A DNA stretch of 57,071 nucleotides, filler included, from Squatina squatina (taxonomy: Eukaryota), in NCBI GenBank assembly GCA_031763465.1. It is 3 parts of 3 records of this genome, joined end to end, with 100 filler letters (N's around TTAATTAATTAA, not from the genome) between each part and the next. Parts side by side here need not be neighbours in the genome. Positions count along the whole stretch, not along the records: positions 30,596 to 57,071 come from JARFOE010000046.1; 2 more parts are not named here. One strand, given 5' to 3'. Shown here piece by piece: positions 51,592 to 57,071 of the stretch. A program made the translations under genes and the position numbers. Within the stretch, counting starts at the first letter, position 1, and every line of letters begins with the position of its first letter. Below the pieces are notes generated by a model. It was not told the DNA's origin, made no database searches, and was given only the letters and a program-made list of their open reading frames with translations.

Positions 51592-51745
51592 ATTTTCAAC
51601 ATCCTGGTGCAAGTGAGCTTCCAGTACTTCCAAGGTACAATTATGTAGTGAAAGCTGCTGCTCGTTGTCTGCATGCTGCAAAGTTTCTGAAAGGGCTGTT
51701 TTACTCACTTCAGTGTTGTGACTATTCTCTTCAGTGAGATCTCCT
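51592..51745 (-). CDS. FAM13B: FAM13B probable central-region exon (GDLTEENSHNTEVSKTALSETLQHADNEQQLSLHNCTLEVLEAHLHQDVEN)
   Basis: ttttctttctccaaattctag|A GGA ... GAA AAT|gtaagt. 154 nt, open, phase 2 to 0, between recognised FAM13B exons. Sequence itself not recognised. Confidence 0.7.
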
Positions 51746-52655
51746 CTAGAATTTGGAGAAAGAAAATCTGAGAAACTGCAATCCAGTTCAAAGAAAATAA
51801 TACACAAAANNNNNNNNNNCTGGGAATTTTTTTTTTTTTAAAATAAATATTAGGCACTCCATTTCTTTTCATACAAACTGTAGAATACCACTACAATGTT
51901 GGAGATCTTAATACATATTGCACCAGTGTAATGACTAAGATTAAAGTCATCTTTTCTAGGCACATTTTAATTTGATGTTCAATCCCCTTTCCTGCAAACA
52001 GCAAGAAGTGAGATCAAAGACGGAGAGTTGTATTATCAGGGTGAGAAAATGAAAGATAGCCAAGAATTCTGTTAGATTCCTAGACTGACTAACANNNNNN
52101 NNNNNNNNNNNNNNNNNNNNNNNNNNNNNNNNNNNNNNNNNNNNNNNNNNNNNNNNNNNNNNNNNNNNNNNNNNNNNNNNNNNNNNNNNNNNNNTAAAAA
52201 CAGCAGACGATGGCAGGCTGTTTAACCTTGTCCAGAACAGAGGACACAGTCTGTGCTTGAAGGGGGTAAATCCATGAAACAGGCACCCTAAGGAAATGGT
52301 GGAAGCAGAAAATGTTGATTCATTTAAATGCAAATTATAAATTTCTTTCAGAAAATAATATTTTAGGGAACAGTGTACGAGTAATGTGACACATGGAAAG
52401 TGTAGCATGTTTGGGAGGAACAGGTGACTTTGGACCTATAGTTCCCGAAGCTTTTCACCACTGGCGCGTTTTCCTCACCTCATGTCTTAGTCTAACAGTG
52501 ATTTGTCAACAATGCCATTATTGCTAGATGGTCTTTTTATTTAGCAATTCTTATGTTCCCAAATCCAAATTTAGCTGAAAACTTCACTTAACTTTTCTGT
52601 CCCCAGGAAACATGAAGTTTCATTTCAAGTAAATAAATTTAACAAATTGAGTTAC

Positions 52656-52794
52656 CTCAACACAAAACGAATTTGAAATATCTGTGGGCAGAAACTCTTC
52701 AGTACCAAAGAAATCACTGTAATTTTCCAGAAGTTCAGACATTATATTGCTAGCTGCTTCTTGTTCTTTCATATCTTCCACATCTGTGTAAATA
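52656..52794 (-). CDS. FAM13B: FAM13B exon at the end of the RhoGAP domain ([46 protein letters not shown])
   Basis: ttttgcag|T ATT TAC ... GAG|gtaact. 139 nt, phase 2 to 0. Matches human [29 protein letters not shown]. Confidence 0.93.
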
Positions 52795-53807
52795 CTGCAA
52801 AATAAATATTTGAAGTTTACTAAATCTTAAACCTGCTTTAACATTGTTGGGCACCTAGAGCACCAAAAGTTCCAGTTATATGTTCAGCAAATGCAATGCT
52901 GAACAGAGACATTTTCTTTTCCAGTAAATTGGTCAGAGTGTAAAACAGGCAGCCGATTTGTTTTCGCCCATTTTGCGATACCACCCAAGACAAATTTCAC
53001 CCCAATGTGCTTAATTTTTGGTTCTTCCGATTTTATAGTCATTCATTTTAGAATATTGGGCACACTAACCTGCACACCCAATTCTGCAGTCTGTGCTCCC
53101 ATTAAGTAAAACTCTGTGTCAGAAGCAGAATCACAAAAATGCTGTAGGTTTTCTACTATACTGTATTTTCACACCCAATTAAAAGATATTGAAGGGAGTT
53201 TTTGAAGCAGTAAAGCTGACTAAACGAAGTACGATTCTGAGTTCTTCAGTTGAAAGTAGATTATCTCATTTGCTGGCAGCTATTTTTGCATCAGCGTCTG
53301 ACCTAAACTATGGTGAGACTTCAGTAGACAAAGGACATCTTTCTCCTTTTACTTTCAGCATTTAATCATTTGGGATTTTTGTGCATAAGCCTGACAAGTT
53401 TCCAAGTTTGTGTGTGTGTATGTGTTTCTACAATAATACTCAAGTAATTTCTGGTAAAAGACAGAGCATAGAGAAAGAGAGTGACTGAGCATGGTACAGT
53501 GCCACAATAATTGACGTGTTACAGACCCTACATTACTTGATGTGTAATAAAGAAAACTTGTGTTTCTTGTCTGCTTCAAGTGTACCCATGTTATAACTGT
53601 GCATAATATTGTTACATTTTCTTTGTTCCTTCTTAAAAACTGTTTAGTAAAATTAATATTTCTGGAGTGATTCTGCATATCATGGCACTGTGTAAAAGGC
53701 TGCTATCTTCATGTTTCTGAAGTCTCTGAAAGTACAATTGTTATTATTTCTGATTTTAAAAACAAGTATGTATCATTATAACAATGACTGTAAAAGCTCG
53801 CAAAGAC

Positions 53808-54223
53808 TAGGCGGCCCCAGTTGGACTGGGCCGAAACCAGCCACAGCATTTGGGGCCCCTTCACCACGGGGACGTCACGCTAGCAGCGAGGCTCAGAGAA
53901 GCGGAATTGGTGACTTTGCCATGTTGCCGACTCAACCGCGCATGTGCAAGCCATGGCCCTGTCCTACAGGGAAAGGTAACAGGCTTGCATGAGGAATCGT
54001 GACCCAGGTCCCAACAGGAAAAGATGCCAGGGAGCATGCCGGCAAAGGGAGACACCAGCAGAGAGGGGAGATCGGATGACAATTAAGTCAGCCAGTGTTA
54101 AAAGATGGCGGCCGCCGGCACAGGGCCCGCACCTTTAATGCGCCTTGGCAACGACAGGGGAAACCTGTTGCCAATGTCTGTGGCGCTGCCGGCCTCCAAT
54201 TCTGGAGGCAGCTCAGCTGCGGC
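53808..54223. mobile_element. GC-rich interspersed repeat, 5' part; same family as 37672-38040
   Basis: Shared core at about 54100-54190. Begins GGCGGCCCCAGTT, an imperfect inverse of the AATTGGGGCCCC end of the other copy. Confidence 0.7.
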
Positions 54224-54490
54224 NNNNNNNNNNNNNNNNNNNNNNNNNNNNNNNNNNNNNNNNNNNNNNNNNNNNNNNNNNNNNNNNNNNNNNNNNNNNN
54301 NNNNNNNNNNNNNNNNNNNNNNNAGAAACCAGATTTGTGAAAGAATAGAGATGTTCAATAATTTGGATCAACTGGTAACTTAAGGATTAGAAAAAAAAAC
54401 TGGTATGACTTGCGTCTGTAGACCCTTACGCACGCAGAGTCAACTGATCAAAAAATGCAAGATAACATTGCTCTAACGCCAGAAACCTAC

Positions 54491-54655
54491 CTCTGAGCAC
54501 AGACACCCACTTAAAAAATAACTTATACACCAATCACCCTTAGTGAATAAGCATTTTTTAGCCAGCTATGGTTGCTTGAGATTGTGGCAGAAGATCAACC
54601 TGTAGTTCCTCATTGAAGAAACACAGAATTCGTCCAATCTTTCTTGGCAATTAAC
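54491..54655 (-). other. FAM13B: Probable FAM13B 5' leader exon containing uORFs
   Basis: ttttttcctctag|GTTAATTGCC...GCTCAGAG|gtaggt, 165 nt, upstream of the coding exons. Contains ATG-initiated ORFs at 54613-54566 (MRNYRLIFCHNLKQP*) and 54554-54540 (MLIH*). Confidence 0.7.
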
Positions 54656-55939
54656 CTAGAGGAAAAAACAATGTTTTTAATATACATTGCAAAATAACAT
54701 TGTATCAAAGATATTGGCAATAAAAAAAAAGCATGTAATCAAAGGTCCCTTTTTTTTTAAATAAAAAGGCATTTTATCCCTTCTCTCGTTTCCCCATGTC
54801 ATGCCAAGTTGAAAGGACAAGCCGGCCACTAAGCTTCAAGACCTTTGCCAATGGCACTCTAAAATTAACCATTAAATGAGAAAACTCATTTGAGGCAATG
54901 CCCCATTCAATTTTACCTTCACTGTGAGAAAGTGCTTTGTTCCACAGTGCCTCCCTCAAAGCACAGCTGAGACCATGAGAAGGTTTTGAATTGGTTTATT
55001 TAACCTATCGGTACTAATAAGTGATAATGAATCTTAATAAACCGATCCATTTTAATGTTGTTCCAATGTCCTTCTTGCGTTATGCTCTTAACTCATCACC
55101 TCAAATTGACCACTACTAGTGAAAGGCTGAGAGTATCAGTACATTAATGCTAGAGCAAAATGCTCTCTCACCCAAGTTTGGAAGGATGGAATCTATAAAC
55201 TATACTGTTCTTCTTTTCCCACCCCAAGACATAAACAGCTCAAGTTGACACAAAGAAAACTTCACACACTAATTATGATTCACTGATTATCTTAATGAAA
55301 ATGCCGATTAATTCATGCTGGATTTTGGACACATCTTACTACCAGTGAACTGGACTCGCCGAGTAAAGAATTTTCAGCACAAGGTTCAGATATGGCTTTA
55401 GCTCACCAATACATTTTAGTCCAACTATTGCTATTATCAAAGGCTAAGGATGCATCTTCACGTTCCGTATAAAAGAGCAACACAAGAAAATTACTCTTTA
55501 AATCTCCCTGTTTAAGTCCCAAAATATTGAGGCAGTCATTTCAAATTCAATAATTTTGGCCAATAGATAAATGCTTCATGATTTGTAAATTTTGGGGAAA
55601 GGAGGCAAGAAAGAGCTTTACAATACTGTAGACATACAGAAGTCATGCTACAGAATATTAGAAGTTCCTATCCAGAACATGTGGTCAGCTTATCTAGCAG
55701 AAGAACATAAGAATTGGAGCAGGAGCAGGCCATACNNNNNNNNNNNNNNNNNNNNNNNNNNNNNNNNNNNNNNNNNNNNNNNNNNNNNNNNNNNNNNNNN
55801 NNNNNNNNNNNNNNNNNNNNNNNNNNNNNNNNNNNACACTATTTCACTTGCGCCCTGAATCCTGAGAAATGGCTCCTCCAAATCTGCGCTTTGCATCAGT
55901 TTTCTGTTGATAGCCAGTTTCAGGAACACTGCAATGCCA

Positions 55940-56090
55940 TTTGCTGTACAGTTGGTTTCCGGAAAGGCGGTCCTTGTTGTGTCAGATAGTTATGCTAATC
56001 ACGCGGAGCTCTGCGCTTTTTAATCCACGCCCAGGCAGTGCAGATAGAGGATAGTATCTGAGTCTTTCGTGGAGCGGGACAAAGATAACG
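55940..56090 (+). promoter_or_regulatory. Candidate beta-thymosin promoter and non-coding first exon
   Basis: Local CpG enrichment; palindrome TTTCCGGAAA (55956-55965); octamer-like ATGCTAAT (55992-55999); CCACGCCC GC-box; donor ACG|gtaagc at 56091, about 0.8 kb upstream of the coding exon acceptor. Confidence 0.5.
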
Positions 56091-56890
56091 GTAAGCAATA
56101 CTCCCACGCTCTCTTTTGACCACATTCCTGTAATTAACATTTGGATATTATAGTATCCAAACATTTCTTGCATTCGCATGTATTTGGACTTATGATGTTC
56201 GCAATTTTAGCAGTTTTGCTGAGCAACCAAATCCTTTATTAAAATTAGTAATCAATAAACGGATAAAGATATTAGTTTATTTAGATAAAGCCGTGTATAA
56301 ATCTTCGGGCGAATTATTGAAAGATTTAAAATGACGTGATTGTAAATTTCGGAAATTTTGAGGTTTTTGGAACAAAACTGTTTAATTTCAAATTCTGAGT
56401 ATTGGAAGGTTTTCTTTTGTTAAACTGCTTCATTTCAAATTCCGAGTTGTGTGAAACTCAACCATCTAATTACCTTAAATTTTATCTTGTAAACGATACC
56501 CAAAAAAATGAGCCTGAATTAATGCCCTTCAGTAGGGCGGCTCCCTTTGATAACAATGCTGAACAGAGGAATGTGGGATTAGTGTGATCTCAATACAATC
56601 TTTAGGAGGAAAGAATTCTGCAGAACCAAATGGTAGGACGTTAACAAAGCATAATGTTAAAATGTATGTTTTCCTGTAAGTTTTCGATACATTTTCACGC
56701 TGTACATCGTTTAGCATTAATATGACGGCCGTTTTTTATCGGTGAAACTTCTGGTTAAGCCAGTTTCCACACAAAAAGACCATATTAGAAATGTGATTCA
56801 AGCATTTCAATTTATAGATGCTACTTACTGCTATCCAGTGTGTGCTTTGTGTTCAAGTGACTTTATGTGCCGCATTGTACAAGTCTTTGA

Positions 56891-57070
<180 letters not shown>

Positions 57071-57071
57071 A

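Overview
Eukaryotic, AT-rich, intron- and repeat-dominated vertebrate DNA. The repeat set (CR1 and L2 LINE fragments, tRNA-derived SINEs, Harbinger-type relics) looks cartilaginous-fish (shark) like; this assignment is inference. The scaffold is very fragmented: dozens of 100-N placeholder gaps, two of them carrying an artificial TTAATTAATTAA linker, so many exons are missing and true distances are unknown. Nearly all ORFs in the supplied track are spurious or transposon-derived. Manual translation between GT/AG sites recovers exons of five genes in this order: LDLRAP1/ARH-like PTB adaptor (- strand, 5 exons, 3.6-11.5 kb), myotilin (+, 3 exons plus an unexpected upstream palladin/myopalladin-type Ig exon, 30.8-39.7 kb), PKD2L2 (+, 1 exon), FAM13B (-, 5 coding exons and a uORF-bearing 5' leader exon) and an intron-containing beta-thymosin (+, cut by the window edge). 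MYOT-PKD2L2-FAM13B matches the human 5q31 order. The most interesting signals are a possible long palladin-like myotilin, an ARH paralogue in a non-LDLRAP1 neighbourhood, a FAM13B leader uORF, and an atypical beta-thymosin (LKKIET motif plus a Cys). Human protein comparisons are from my recollection of those sequences, not from a database search.
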